Shown: positions 13,926 through 28,815, counted from the stretch's first letter. The stretch: DNA of 64,000 nt from Botryllus schlosseri (GCA_051294905.1 CM119372.1:10852001-10916000), one strand, 5' to 3'. Notes: generated from the sequence alone by a model not told the origin. Program-made: numbers and translations.

Positions 13926-15074
13926 CAGGGGTGGGCAAACTACGGCCCGCGGGCCGCATGCGGCCCGCAACACCGTTCTGTGCGGCCCGCGAGAGTCTAA
14001 AGTAACTTATTAAAAATATTGATAAATGCGTACTAAAAACCGAATTAATGCAGGGATTTGATTAAACTTTTTAGTATACTTCACCATGATAATTTTAAGG
14101 AAGTGATTCTTAAACTGGGGGTGCGCCCCCTTGAGGACGTGAAAGCATCTAGAGAGGGGCGCGAAGCTGAGATCAACTGAAAAAATTATACATTCATTTC
14201 ACGATTATTGCTCTGTATTTAGTCTGAATTTTATCTCTCAACCATACAGTCGTAGCCTTCCATGCCATTAAACTAGGCCTACCCGTTCGGTTTTCGAGCA
14301 TCCTCGTTACATTTTGTGATGTGACGATAAGGGGGACACGGAATCTTTCACCATCATAAGGGCGCGTGACTTGCAAAGTTTAAGAACCACTGTTCTAAGG
14401 TAAATGCTTCCTATTTTATTTTTTATGGTGAATATCTGGCTCGACAGCCCGATATTAAAGCCCACCCAGCAGGGCCTACTATATAGTAGGCCCTGCACCC
14501 AGTTTGAAAGGTTTCAAATAATTCGGATCACGAGTGTGATTTCAGATTCGTCACTCCAGTTTTAAATATTTCAGTGATGGGCTTATAAAAAACGATTCGC
14601 GTGGGTTTTGGGTAGATTCGTTTTCTGTATGCGTAGAATTAGGGTATTTACATTTTATCTACACACAGTAGAAGCGTGTTTGAAGCTAACATGGCTATGA
14701 TGCTGTCAGTATTGTGTCCTGGAACCAAACCGAAATTGGAATTGGAATTGGAATCTACGAACAGATCGCTGCTGACAGATTTAAATTTCAATCCTGTTCT
14801 AAGAATCGGGACCACCGACTTTCATCTCTATAGTTTTGACAAATTGGTTATTGAGGTCGACCAGCCTATGAAATCTCGCCACTGTTACTGATGCATGTAC
14901 GATATCATCAAAGCAATGCTTGGTTTGTTTTAAATAAGCACCTCCATGTCCTCACTATATAATCAAATACCAATATTGCGTTTTGGTATATAGTCCCAAT
15001 TTTATATAGTGCGGCCCGCGAATGGATTCAGATGTTGAATGCGGCCCGCGAGCTTAAAAGTTTGCCCACCCCTG
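13926..15074. mobile_element. hAT (Charlie-like) MITE
   Basis: TIR CAGGGGTGGGCAAAC; GCGGCCCGC subterminal repeats; perfect 8-bp TSD TGTTAGAT. Confidence 0.92.
14101..14392. mobile_element. About 290-bp hAT MITE nested in 13926-15074
   Basis: AAGTGATTCTTAAAC...GTTTAAGAACCACTG; TSD TTTTAAGG/TTCTAAGG; same family as 40555-40854 and 26769-26997. Confidence 0.8.
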
Positions 15075-18020
15075 TGTTAGATAGACATCATCAAATACAG
15101 CAAGCGACTTTGGTCTCTTTCAGTGATGTAATGCAATTCACACTGAAATTGGCAATACAAGTTACGTGTTTGGGATATACGGCTGCGAGTACACAAGAAT
15201 TCAATAGAATGTATGAGTCAATGAATTAAACTACCCATCTCGATTAAATCATTGGCATAGCCGAACCAACAGTCTTTATTTACTTCATTCGTTGTTCTTT
15301 GCACAGTCATAAAAGATAAATGGGATCCATATTTATATAATTGGCGCATCGTGCATGACTGTGCCATGACACTCTTCGAGGGTATGTGTCTACACATAAA
15401 TTTCCACAATCATATATCTATATTACAGTCGTATTAGGGTCTTGAGTTGTATGATTTCTACTCGGTATAGAAACGCTCTTGAAGGTAGGCAATCAAAACA
15501 AACTTGGCCCACAGCAGCTGTGAGAAAGAAAATTGAAGTCACAACAAGAAACGGCTAAACTGAGGCCGTGATTCTCCAGTATATAGGGATCGAACGAAGG
15601 AATTGATATGATTTGCAAGCGACCTATCATTCACATAAACCTACTATTAGTGCTACAATCACTATGTGTGTTGTACCCGTTGAGGTAATGCATTTGATTT
15701 ACATGCTGTCACGGTGTTATTAAAGTATCACAGTTAGCGTCGATTGGTAACTATTGTACAGCGCGAATTAAAGAATATCGTGTTGGACAGCGAATCATAG
15801 ATCTACTATAATTTGTCATTTTATTGACCGACACCTACACATTAGCGCCAACGATGCGACAAACCTATCCTTAACCTGTAGCGTGTTGAGTTGAGACATT
15901 TACTATCTTGTAAGCACAACGCGTATACCTACCCATCGTCCATATTGGGTTACATATAAGCCTGGCCAGTAATTTCCGTATATCCGAACTGGCTACTGAC
16001 AATGCCAATGATTGACGACGGTCGCACGGGAGCACTAAATTGGTCGATACTAGTCGCCGTTCTTGTGGTCAATATCGCAGAGATGAGCATGAGTATGTAT
16101 TTGAACATGATTCGGAAGAAATTGGGGATATGGGCTTGGATAGGAATGTAAATCCCGAACAGGATTACGATTACAAAATGTTAGATCCGCTCATCTCTGC
16201 AATGTAGTACCTTGATTACCAATGTCATACATACAGTCCCAAACCTATACTAGAGCTAATGTTACCAAAAGAAATGCGCTCAAATCCAGTGTCATTCGAC
16301 TACTTTACAGATTGTAAGTACGATCTTCGATTGGTATATTTTCTGTATCTTACGTCCGTAAAAGAGGGCGTCGCAAAATTAAAGTTATTCCCGTAGCTGT
16401 AATTTCCATTCGATGGCATTGTGCCAGAACGATTCTATCTACTTCACCTTGAAAGCAGGCGAAGACCATACGCGTGACCCTACGGCTTTCAATCTACACC
16501 AAACAAGCTTTTCAAAATCCCGTGACACGAGGATAGTCTATATTTAGAATAGCCGATTTGGCGCATCCGAATCGTCACAATACACCGGGCGTAGCAATGA
16601 AGTCGGGAAACGCGAGTACGAGTTCACATCTATACCAATTTGCTGTCGTATCCTCCCAGTGCCTACACTTCTTAAAGCAGTTATAGGTGAACTAATTTTG
16701 TGTTGTGACGCTCAAAAACGAGTGTGCAACACATGCACATTGCACAACGTATGGGTTTGTTGGCGACGTGTTGTCTAGTTGATAAATCGGTGGGTAGATC
16801 CAATTCTCACTAGAGCTGTCTTCCTAAATATTTTAGACGAGACAATTAGAACTAGCACAAACGTACCACCCTCTGCGTAGTTCATGTGAACAGCAGACTT
16901 CCAGCGGCGAATGGAATGCGAGTGTCTTTGATGAGTTTTTGGATGATACAATCCTCAAGACCCTGTATAGTAGCAATGATTACCCAGCGGCTCTCAAGTG
17001 CGATGTAGTTTACGATCAAACCACCCACGCTTCTCATCTTTTTAGTCTGATATCGACAACATCCGGTATTACACGCAGAAGAGTGTGACGTAACACGGAT
17101 GACACACCGCAAATATTGAATGAATTTTAATAATATTTGATATCTACTCGTCCTGGAATGTGCGGATCCCAAATTTTGCGTGTCCATGAGGCAATGTTCC
17201 AATATAATAATAACAATGATATATGCGTATGCGTATGCGTATGCGAAGACCATATATTCGTATACTCTCAAATGTTTGACGCTCAAAAATCTGTATTACC
17301 TGATTTTCGGCTTTGATGGCGTAGTCGATACAGTATTACCATATAGAGAGTGGGAGATGATATTTTGAGAAGTCTAGCGTGTTCCATAATTCAGTCCAAG
17401 TGTGAGTTTTCTGTTTCAATTAATAGCGTAGGCTATATCAGAGTACAGACAATCAGCGAGATTTAAATCGTTGCTAACATAAATTACGTTGGTCAACACA
17501 TATTTTTAGGCAGACAAAGTAAGAGTGGTTTATGGGGTTCTGACGGGCACTGCTTCCGAATACGACCTTGTTTTTGTTTCTTTCAAATTGGCACTTGGAG
17601 ATAACCCAAGGGGGCTATTTTAACTAAAATCTCCCGTTTTCGCTGCAATTGTTAGATAGAAAATCTGCTCAGTCGTACTATAAAGTTTAGAAATCAATTC
17701 TACTTATTATTTTTGCATATAGAAGACTCTTTTAAATCAAAATGCAGCAGCTGCACTATATTTAGGGGTACTAGGTTTATCATAATTATAGACTTTTACG
17801 GATATCATGTACATTTGTACATAAATAAACTTCATTCATGTATATGAGTATTTACCTAGATACTCAAACAACGCGGCAATAATTCAATCAGTTTTACGTC
17901 GACCAACTATTGTAAATTTTAAATAATCAGTTGGAATATAATATTATTCATTTATTTTAGAGCACAATTGTTTTTTGTACGATTTTCGCCTGTAAGCAAT
18001 TTAGTGTAGTTTCTCGAAAG

Positions 18021-18400
18021 GTTCCAGCAATGGTCTGCCATGATATGTTCATTGCATGACCCCTAATATCTTTCTTTTGTTGTTTCGGTGTCTTGGTGGA
18101 GCCTCTCCACTTGCTAGTCAACAAGACCATCAGGAAATATATCAAGATGACTGAAGAGGAAGTGAACTTTTATGCTCATGTTTGTTCCAAGTTTTCCATA
18201 TGCAGATACGAATTTTCGGACCACCGGTTTGTAGTTGGGTGCTTCGTGATCATCTAAAAGTTTTATTTACTACATCTCAAGATAGATTCCAAGCAGTGAA
18301 CTCCTTCCTAATATGAAATTGGAATGTTTCATCCGTACTCGAATCTGAAATCGATCAAAGATACCAGATTTAAGCTTCTCGTTTGATAGGGATACTATAG
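18021..18400 (-). pseudogene. Chapaev3 transposase C-terminal remnant
   Basis: Reads SLSNEKLKSGIFDRFQIR... and LGTNMSIKVHFLFSHLDIFPDGLVD*QVERLHQDTETTKERY*GSCNEHIMADHCW, matching the MSxKxHFLxSHLDxFP...ERFHQD...RYxG...MADYCW motif, with in-frame stops. Confidence 0.85.
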
Positions 18401-18760
18401 GTATACCCACTTTGTTGACTCGGCGTAAAATAATCTATTTACAAATCAGAAGAAATGAGACGCATATGAGTATTGTAGTTCAGCTCTTCAAGGACAAATT
18501 TTATAGCTTGATAATACTCTTTAATATTGGTAGAATGACTAATTAATACAGGAGAATATGAATTGCCGTTGTGCATAAGTACAATTTTTAGGCTTGAAAC
18601 TTCTATTTTGACAAACAAACATTTCGCACCAGGTCATGTTAATATTGATATAATGACTGAAAACGACATGAAGGTTCTTCATAGTCTGTTATCTATTTAT
18701 GCTCAGTATATAATTAGAAAAAACTACGATTTTCTTCCTATCAAGTGAAATATTCAAGGG

Positions 18761-18838
18761 TATTTATACCCCTAAAAATGCCCGAAATTACTGTATTTAT
18801 AAATACAGTAATTTCGGGCATTTTTAGGGGTATAAATA
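18761..18838. repeat. Perfect 78-bp palindrome inside the Chapaev3 element
   Basis: TATTTATACCCCTAAAAATGCCCGAAATTACTGTATTTA followed directly by its reverse complement. Confidence 0.95.
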
Positions 18839-19549
18839 TCTTCTGGACAAGAGCCAATCTGGCAAAACTAGTGTGATATTCGTAATCAGCAACCTCGACA
18901 ACCCCAAAAACGACTCTCAGGTGTTCTGCCAATTTTTTTTTCATTTTGTTGACCAGTGTTATCATTGCTGACCTGTAGATCGATATGATAAGTTATCGTA
19001 AGCTTGATCGACTCTTTCATAGATAGGCTGCGGTGGGATATTTACGATTTCAGATAGCTAAATAGGATTACTTCATTTGCCGATGTTGGATCAATAAATC
19101 TTAATGAACAAAAATATATAATGAACCCTGCGATTAAACTCAGTATGTTGCAATGATGAACTCAAACTATGACCGTGCCGAAAATATCAGGTCCCATACA
19201 AAATCTTCATATATAGGCGTAGTGTCCGATAATAGGTTTATTCTTTACTACTTGTACCAAAAGATCATAAGCATCGCCACAATAGACTATATCTATTATT
19301 AATAATCTATTAATAATAATAATCAATAAAATTTTCGCATTGTCCACACAAAGAGTGGGTTTCCTATGTAAAATGAATAACATGTAGTGGGGCTATAATA
19401 AGATTCAATATAACGAATTAGCCACGGAAATCAGTCTCAAATTATATTGCTTCTTCGATTTACAATTAATGTAAGCCGTGTCATCATTTCCAGTAGTAAT
19501 ATGTCTTCAGTATGGATATACCGATGCCAAGATGCGATGCGTTATCACT

Positions 19550-19980
19550 ATAGGGCGAATTTTTTGACATGTCAAAAAAAGTCAAAATTTTGTCAAAATT
19601 GTAGCGTTAGGTCAAAAAAGCTCACAATATCAAATTTATTTGCAACCTGCATTGCTTTGTATGTTTGCAATGTCGGTGAACTTCTCATTTGATATCATAC
19701 AGCTTGTAGCCTTCGTTATAGACGGCCCGCATTGTCTGCTCATTCTGAATCATAAACGGTTAAATGAAACAAATAGGTTCACATGGTGTTATGCTCAACG
19801 TACCACTATAGAGGATGTACATCCTACATCCTACATCCTCTATAGTACCACAATCTCCCAACTGAAGCAAGACTGCTTGGCATTGGTTCTTATATCAAGA
19901 AGCGCATGATGAAAAATTGCGATGTAGACAATATTTTCAGAATGAAGCAACACGGTGTGACATCAGCAGTGTACTCACAA
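19550..19980 (+). mobile_element. Truncated copy of the TAGGGCGA-terminated hAT-like family
   Basis: Homologous to 25579-26429 (opposite orientation) and 61752-63263; cut off at the 19981 element. Confidence 0.75.
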
Positions 19981-22865
19981 TAGGGCTGTTCAAAAAGAAT
20001 TTTTTGCGGGATTCCAGCCATTCACTCATTAAATTGTCAGGTTATCCTGAAAAACGCTGCACACTAAATTTGGTTCAATTCTAACAAGTATAAGCCTCCG
20101 CATATCCAATTAAAATTTTTAACTTATTAGGGAAAATCTAAAATAATCGAATTTTTCTGTCAACCCTACGAAATTGTTGGGTTGTCTTCAAAAACGATGT
20201 AAAGCAAATTTGACTCAATTCCAACCGGTAGAAGCGGAGTTATTTAAGTTTTTCGTTGATAAATCTCGGATTATCCTTGATTGGTGCAAAACAAATTTGA
20301 CTCGATTCCAACCAGAAGAAGCGAGGTTATTTGGGTTTTTCGTTGACGTCTCGGATTATCCTTGATTGGTGGATATTGATGGTGGTGACTATTTTGGTTA
20401 AAATCTTACGTTTTTTAGGTAAAATAAATCAGCCTTGTTATCACTTATCATTTTTCTAAACACCAAAATATAAGTGACTAATGTACGGAGTAAGAATCGG
20501 GAGGGAAATATTAGTTTGCGAACATACCTCCAATTTGTGGACGAGGTATTGTTCTGTTCGCGGTTGTTAATGATGATTTATAACCTGCGAAAGAGACGAT
20601 TGCCAACCATATAAATGCAATTTCGATATTGTTATTTTCTGCATCACGTGGTTCACCACAATAGGTGGAACGTAATAAAAAAAGCTGCTGTATTGGCGTC
20701 TATTCAAGCGTTCACGAAAAACCATTGTTCACTACTATTTCAATCCAATATTATTAATTGTTCATGATGAGCATTATTCGGGCGTGTAAGGCATGATAAT
20801 AGAAATACAATCTATTTGAATCTACTATATTATGGTAACTGCTGTAAATGTCACAGTATCATATTATATATGAGCAATTATACCAATCGAAGTCAAATGT
20901 TCGATATTCGAGCACTCGCTTCTTTCTCCAGTTCCGACGCTCAACACTGTGATTTATAAACCGCACACCTCATCACAATCATCCAAAACCATTTACTTGT
21001 ACCTATCGGTCTTATAAAAACAACTATCGTATGTTGAAAATGACCTAATGGACACAGAGTGTTGACTGTTGATACAATCCTGACGATATACAAGAATGTC
21101 CAGCTGCTCAAATGTCATACATTTTATCCTCAATTTCATTATAACCACTGACATCGCTAGCAGTCGAAACTGGTTTGTCTCTCCACCCCCCACACAAAAT
21201 AAAACTCGGCGAGCGATATAGCTCATCTCTGATTACGTGCTCATTAGGTCGAAATATATCTAACAACGTCACAACATTGTTAACAAAAATTTACCCAGTG
21301 ATTATGGGCGTGACGGAATTGCGGTTAGACCGACTGTTGAGTCAGTATTCCATATCGCATACTATGCCGCGTTCCGATATTTCGAAATAAGGTCAATATT
21401 ACATAATAACACGGTTTTGTAAGAATTAACATTCGATGTTTTTGTCAGAAGTTATTTGTAAAACATTGTTTTAAAACATATTTTAACAGGTGTGTTTTAA
21501 AACATGATTTGTTTTAGATCCGTGGTTCCCAACCTTTTTGTCTCCATTCCCCACTTCGGATTTATTCTCAGTCTTCATTCCCCATTACCCATAACTCCAA
21601 TATACCCTTTAAAAATGCCCCTCCATAACATTTGGCCAGACGTTTAGCAGGGACTTGGTATTGGAAAACCACACCAGTACGCAAGCCAATCGCCTATAAC
21701 TGCAACTAGTGTTACCACTCTAGGTTCCTGGAAAAACACAAGCTTATGTCGTGAAAAAAAACTAGATTGACGAAAAAAACACTAGATTAGTAAATTGCAG
21801 AAAAAATTGCCGTTGTCAAGTAATCATGATGACCAAGGTACAAATTCATAGATACGATACATATATATGATACATATGTATGATATATCTATACTGCATC
21901 ATTATTAAACGAATATTAATGAAACGAATTGATATACTGCATGAAATTAATGAATCGAATTCACCAGAGTAAGAAAAAATCAGATATTGTCGCTTTCGAA
22001 TTGTATGGTATCATAAAAAGTATCTTTCAATTATACCCCATCCATGAAACATAAGCATCTTTTGTCTGGCATCTTGCATACCACCGTACATCTTCAACCA
22101 AACAATGGGGAAGTGTCCATGTGCACTGTGCAGCATAGGCCTACTTCATTTCCACGTATGGAGTAGAATGTTGCGATGCCAAGAGATTCGTCATGAGCTT
22201 CCCCAGTAAAGGAAATTTTAATTCACCGAATCCATTGTGCACAGATTTCAATTTTTGCCAAAATTCTGTTGGGAGGCATTGACTGATAACCTGCTGCTCA
22301 TTTTGCGAATTTGCCAAAGCAGCCTATTCTTCTGACAAATCATGGAGTTCATCAAATAATATCACAGAGGGAAATTAGGCTGTTAACGGATTCAATGCAC
22401 ACAAGTACGAAAGCATACTGGCCCCGGCATATGAAAATCTTGCGCAAATCTGCAGAGTGAGTTAAACAAGAAACGAAAGAGCATCAGAGCGAAATCGCTC
22501 TTCATTTTTTCCGCTCATAAGTACGGATTCACAGCGCACCCTGTTACGTAATAATTGATCGATGGATAATCCGCGATTTATCAACGAAAAACTCGCATAA
22601 CTCCGCTTCTACTGGTCGGAATTGACTCAAATTTGTTTTGCAACGTCTTTGAAGACAGCTCAACAATTTCATGGGGTTGGCAGAAAAATTTGGAATTTTT
22701 TTTTTCAATTTTCAATAATAAATTAAAAATTTTAATTGGATCTGCGGAGTCCTATACTTGTTAGAATCGAACCAAATTTGGTGTGCAGCGTTTTTTAGGG
22801 TAACCTGACAATTTAATCAGTGAATGGCTGGAATCCGGGAAAAAGGTTATTTTTGAACAGCCCTA
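19981..22865. mobile_element. Non-autonomous DNA transposon with about 300-bp TIRs (superfamily uncertain)
   Basis: TAGGGCTGTTCAAAAA ... TTTTTGAACAGCCCTA; arms about 19981-20282 and 22557-22865; interior holds fragments of other MITEs (e.g. 21520). Confidence 0.85.
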
Positions 22866-25578
22866 ATGTACAGCACATGTACACTTGTACAGTGTACACA
22901 CTACACAGCCTTGAATTTTTGCTTTTAAAAGTTGGCTTGGTAATTGTTTCAGCGTGGTGGATGTTTGCTCTTGTCTAACTAGCAGCTTTCACTAGCCCTA
23001 GCCACATTGGTAAAATCTAGTGAATGTACAATATAAGTTGAAAGATCGGTACGCGACGTTAGCGAATGATGCTATTTTTGGATTTCTTTATTCGGTGTAT
23101 TGGTGTGTGTGTGATTTAAGGAATAAGTCCGGCGTCTTTGTGAATGTTCTTGCAATCGTTGTAAATCAGGATATTGCGCTCTACGAACAAAACTGTCATC
23201 TCACTATATGGCACAAACATAATAGATTGCTTTTTTGTTTCGCGAGAGTCGCGACAAAACGCGTGTTGCGCGAAGTCGGGTAATCTCAAGCGGCTGGGCA
23301 TAATATAATCACCGCGATCGCCGTAACTAGTTTATTTAATGGCGTGGCAGTATATTCGCAGGGTTTGTATCAGAATTATGGAGTTTATGCAACGAGCATA
23401 GCAGCAGTTAGAATTGTGCGAGTTTAGCGTGGATATGAGAACTTCTTGGCAGATGTCTTGTGTGACTTCCAAACTGTTTGGGATATAACACAAGTAAAGC
23501 ATTGATTCATTTGTTTTTATAATGAACGAGTCTAATTGTTTGTTACCAGGTTTATGTACGAGCAAATTGTCGGTATTGTATTAGTATTTCTGTAGTATGC
23601 TCACGATATTGGTTGCATCATAGAAAGTGTGTGCCTAACCGCTGTTTAACGATTACTGACAATATCGACCAGATGGTATGATGTGATTCGCGAGAATAAA
23701 AACACCCGAACTTTTGCGACATATGCCAATAAACCAGAAATATTACATGCACTGAACTGCACCCCAAGTTTAATAGGCGTCACCGGTAACTCAACACTAC
23801 GGACTGGACTAGTTGTTTAATATTTCTATGATACCCACTAACAGTAATGGTAGCAGACTCCTTACGGTCGATGTGGTTCATTAAGGTGAGCGTTGTTTTG
23901 AGAATTCACTCGTGAATAAGATATACTTTCTGTACACAGTACCTAGCAGTAATGAAGCATTACGGGAACATGATCTCGAACCCCAAACCCCGTTTCGATG
24001 TATATGCTAATTTGACATGTTTAAAACATAGTTATCCTATCATGAAACAAATTCAACAGATAGTTGGTATATGTATGTGCAACTAGATGGGTCTGACAAT
24101 GACGAAATATCCCATACTAGGTATACCAAAATTTATTGCCCATAAGTCCGTAGCTATGCATAACAAAGCTAATGTAGCTCCGAGCGGCATGGACTGGATT
24201 GAGTCAAAATATATCAATGTCCATGTCAATGTTGATGTCGCAGGCAAGATGGCGTTGCACTCTTTAAAATTCAAAAGCTGGAAGTTGTAGGGCGCCTTTT
24301 ATGCGACCTCTACAGGAGTTAGGTGCACGTATTTAGAATGTAATTATGCTTAATGATACTGTAACGCACTCAAAAATATCACCCAAAGAATAACGTAATT
24401 TTATTTGCGCCCAGTAGAAGTTTAGACTTTTTAGGGACATGTAACACTATGTAATCAATTTGTTTTATGCATGGGCGACTTGCAAATTGGTATTGCGCTG
24501 TAGAAGCAGCAAAGAATAAAACATAGATGAAATGAATCCCATAACACATCATCGTTTACTGTATATGCCAGAATACATACTTAAAAGAACAAGAATGGAG
24601 AGTGCGGTGTCCATAATGATATATCTAGTTGTATTCGCTGCCTCCTCATTCTCGGAAGTCAGTAAATAGAAAGCACTTACAGTGAATGCGAAAGTCAATT
24701 AAAATAGTTTTCACTACTATAGAAAATACTGTAGATGCACATGCGAGCTAATTGCTTCTCTCATGCTCCATTGAGACGCTTAATTCGGCACAAATATATA
24801 GCTGTAAGGCCGTATTTCAGTAGGTTTACTCATTTGCGCGGTTAAACACCAGCAATCAAGAAGATCATAGCGAAATTTCCTTGTTGTAAGTGCGGTTCCT
24901 GATTTGTTCAGACTATGGCATCTTATTGTAGAATTAAACAACCGAATGCTGCGTATAGAATGTAGATCTTAGATCCGATTTGCTTGAAGGAAGCATTTGC
25001 TTCATGAATCTTATAATAAGCCGACGTATCCATGTTATAAAATATCATATGCCAGGTTGAATGCATTTACCGGTATAAAAAGTATTGATCACAAATATAA
25101 TATACGCAGGGTCAAGTATCACAGATAAAGTCAGTACGGAGTTTGATTTTGGGAAACTGTAACTCATCGTAAATATGTTATGTAATTGGGAAATATTGTC
25201 TTTACTTCGTATGTACCGAGACTATATTTGCACCTTACATTCAACAGGTTGAAGCGTTCGGCAGTTCGATTAATTCAGAGCGTTTAATGAAAACTCAATC
25301 CAAATGACTACAGATCGTTCCTCAGAACAAAACATATTACTGCTGAGTAGACAATCCGTCAGTTTACCCTGGGTCTTACGTTAGATGGTCGGTGGAAGTG
25401 ATATAGATTTACGAAATTGCCTTTTAGCCTAGAAACCTGCCAATCAATTGATTCTGACTCTCCGTCGATCAGCTTATCTCGAACGCCAGAGACTTATATT
25501 CAGCATAATGCGATTTTCTAATAAAAGATGTCAGATATCAGGTTGTCACTTGATATTTATGTATAATAGTTATAAGTG

Positions 25579-26429
25579 TAGGGCGATTTTTTTTACCTAA
25601 GAAATGGAAGACTTTGACTCCTTTTGACCTTAAAAACATAATTTTGACCAAATCTTAACCTCATTTATTCCAATTAGATGTTTTCGCGCGTAATGTTAAA
25701 ATTGTACTATAGTTATCTTCATTTCTGGTTGGAACTGTCTGTCCTTACAAAGTAGTTTGACCTAAAAAAAATTTATGACTTAAATACTGACAAATTTTTA
25801 CATCAAAAAACTTTATTTGAACGAAATCTGGACCTATGAAAAATCCCAGTAAATACATCACGCATTTTGATAGAAATGATTAAAATTTGTAGTAGTACAA
25901 CAAAAGATACTTTCCTACATTATCGGGTAGAAAGTGTCTGTCCTTACCAAGTAGCTTGCCAAGAATGGAAAGAGGACGTTCAACAGCAGCAGTTGTTGGC
26001 TGGCAACACTGAAGCTGTGCGTACACTGCTGGTGACACACCGTGTTGCTTCATTCTGACAATGTTATCTATATAATCACAATTTTTCATCAAGCGCTTCT
26101 TGATAAGAACAAATGCCACGCAGTCATGATTTAGTTAGGATATTGCGGTATGTTGAGCTCAACATGTCAACATATTTGTTTCATTTGACCGTTTATGATT
26201 CACAGTGAGCAGACAATGGGCCGTCCACAACGGTGTGCCTATAAAGTAGGATACAGGCTGTAACATGTCAAATGATAAGTTCACCGACAGTGCAAACATC
26301 CATCGATACAAACGAAATGCACGTTGCAAAATATTTTGACTTTGTAAACAATTTTGACAATTTTTTTACCTAACGCTACAATTTTGACGAAATGTTGTCT
26401 TATTTTAACATGTCAAAAAAATCGCTCTA
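25579..26429 (-). mobile_element. hAT-like element with transposase C-terminal remnant
   Basis: TAGGGCGATTTTT...AAAAATCGCTCTA termini; ORF 25880-26119 CQPTTAAVERPLSILGKLLGKDRHF resembles the T...VERSFS hAT dimerisation-type motif. Confidence 0.75.
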
Positions 26430-26768
26430 TTTATAAGGCAGTTTACCGCAGATACTGAAGGACGACTGCTCAGTGCTGAGTGTTCAACAATACATGAACG
26501 AATGGAATGTCAATCATCGCTGTCGTCTATTCGAAATTTCAGCAGTCGTATGACAATCGATATCGAGTTTGGGAAGGTTTTTGTTCATTTTAGCGAGATG
26601 TATGATATGAATGATGAAGCTGAGTGTCTAATCAATACAAATAGTTATTATCGTACTAAAATCGAAAAGAGGTCGACTGCGGTACGGCACCTGTAGTAGA
26701 CCATAGGCCAACATGTTCTCATACATTACCGTATCGCTTGCTGCTCATAAACTGTGAATTCACTAGAT

Positions 26769-26997
26769 CAGTGTTTCTCAATCTTTTTTTAGACAGGCCC
26801 CCCTTTATGATAGTGAAAAATTTCGCGCCCCCCTTATCGTCATATCACAAAATCCAACCGGAATGCTGGGATTGTTTGACGGCATGGAAGGTTATGATTG
26901 TTGATTATAGAATTCAAAAATACGACATTCGGTCTCTACATAGAGAAACACGCGTGAATTGGAGGTAAATCGCGCACTGCGCGAAAAATTTTTCAGT
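26769..26997. mobile_element. Partial copy of the 290-bp hAT MITE family
   Basis: Reverse-complement match to 40620-40854. Confidence 0.75.
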
Positions 26998-28815
26998 TTG
27001 CCGCTTGATGCATGAATTCGTAATTTTTGTTTGTTAATTAAAACAAAAAGTATTACGATATTGCAAGTTTGGTCAGCCATGTATGTACGAAGTCCTGTGA
27101 GCTAAAAGTACCACGCTTATGCAGAAGTTATATATAATGCTAACTCTGAAAGCTCGCGTCGTGCAGTAATCATGTAATAACCGGTTCTACTTCAGACAAT
27201 TCATTCTAAAGTTTTGACTCAATGAGATGAGGATTATATGTTTCATATGGGGTATACTTCACAAAAGAGCAATTACATGTATATAACAATTGGAAATTGA
27301 TATAATTCCAGTTTTTAGATACACGCAAGCATATGAGCCATACAGACAATGAGCAATGAACATCTGCCATTAGGTACGTCAGCGGTCTACAGGTGACAAC
27401 ATAATTATCCGATCATGCTGTATATATTAAATTTCTAACATTAAACTTAATTTGTTCAAAAATAATAATCAAATTCCTGTAAAAGATTCATGATCAAATT
27501 TGCTTGCACATGAACTTTGATTCACTGTCTCAGGAATGTGAATCTATATATTCTTAATTTTCAGCTCGACACTCCACCAAGTACAGCTAATTTTATTGAG
27601 AATGCTGCGGAGTATCGGTACATATAGAGTTCACTATAGCACACTTTCAATCACGAGAAATTTAAACTGACATAAACTCATTCTTTCGAGGTGCGCCAGT
27701 GGAATACTGCTGGGGTATAGTTGGACATTGCCGGTTCTTAGCTCCGAGATTTAATGCTTAAGACTAAAATTAAAGAAGTGAATAATCATAGATAAATGCA
27801 GATGGATGTTGATGGATATGTTGTGTATTTACGTATGTGAAAATGGTAATTGCTATTTTTGTTAAGTAAGAGTCTTGGGAGAATGATTATCGTATTCTGA
27901 ATAACGGCGCTTTACTTGAAACATATGCTGGTGAAATAGATAGGATGAAATAGAGTGAGAGCGAGAGAGGGTAGAGATAGAGATAATATGTATTTAGATA
28001 TCAATAAGAACTGCAATCAAACTGGACATCTTCATTATTCATTGACAGCCCCGTCCGCGCCGTAAATGGCAAGTATAGAACGATATGCCGTGTAGCAGCA
28101 AATCGTACGATTTTATCGAGGCCGCCTTGGTCCCTTTGCGAAGACTTTTGTGGCATTGAAATGTATCATATCTGCGTTTAGATGGCAATATCTATTTCGC
28201 ACGTGATCGGCGTATGTCAATCAACAATTTTTGCGTTGTAACTTGCGGGACGTAAAAATTATATAACACATTCTTTCTTGCAGTTCGTTATGCAAATGCT
28301 GCGGCCATGACCTGTGACAAACGTACTATAATTTGATGCGAAATAGCAGCGGAGCATATCTCACCTGATGCCAAAGCATAGATGCTTCATAGGAAATAGG
28401 ATCATCGTAAATGTGGCGAATCATATCGCTGTTGATTTGAATCTCGCTAATGAGTTTCAAGCAGTGGCTGGCCGATGCTAAACAATAGGCTTCCACGTTA
28501 CAAAAGCGAATGTGTGGGGGCACTGTCTTTTAGAGTGATATGCTATTCAAACGATCGATTTAATAACAATGCAATTTGAAGACCACTGACATATGGCCGA
28601 TATCGACAATTTCCGTCTCCCGTTGCTTTAATTATATCTTCATCAATTTCGCAGGGTTCTGAGGATAACATCTGCTCCTTTCTTAGATGGCATGTGTCAA
28701 ATCAATTCCCATGTACTTGCCGATTCGTAAATGCTAGGCATAGTCGCCGTAATGTATCGTCGTTCTATGATTAAGAAGTGTGCAGTGCACGGTGTGCAAT
28801 GTACATCATATAAAC

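Larger units (their letters stand above)
17487..18958 (-). mobile_element. Chapaev3 (CMC) DNA transposon deletion derivative
   Basis: Termini C(AC/GT)TGGTCAACA with 3-bp TTA TSD on both sides; internal transposase remnant. Confidence 0.85.

Noticed and set aside
17220..17245. YAYAYA-containing ORFs 16882-17286 and 17180-17368
   Set aside because: Produced by a short (TATGCG)n microsatellite; no other coding evidence.
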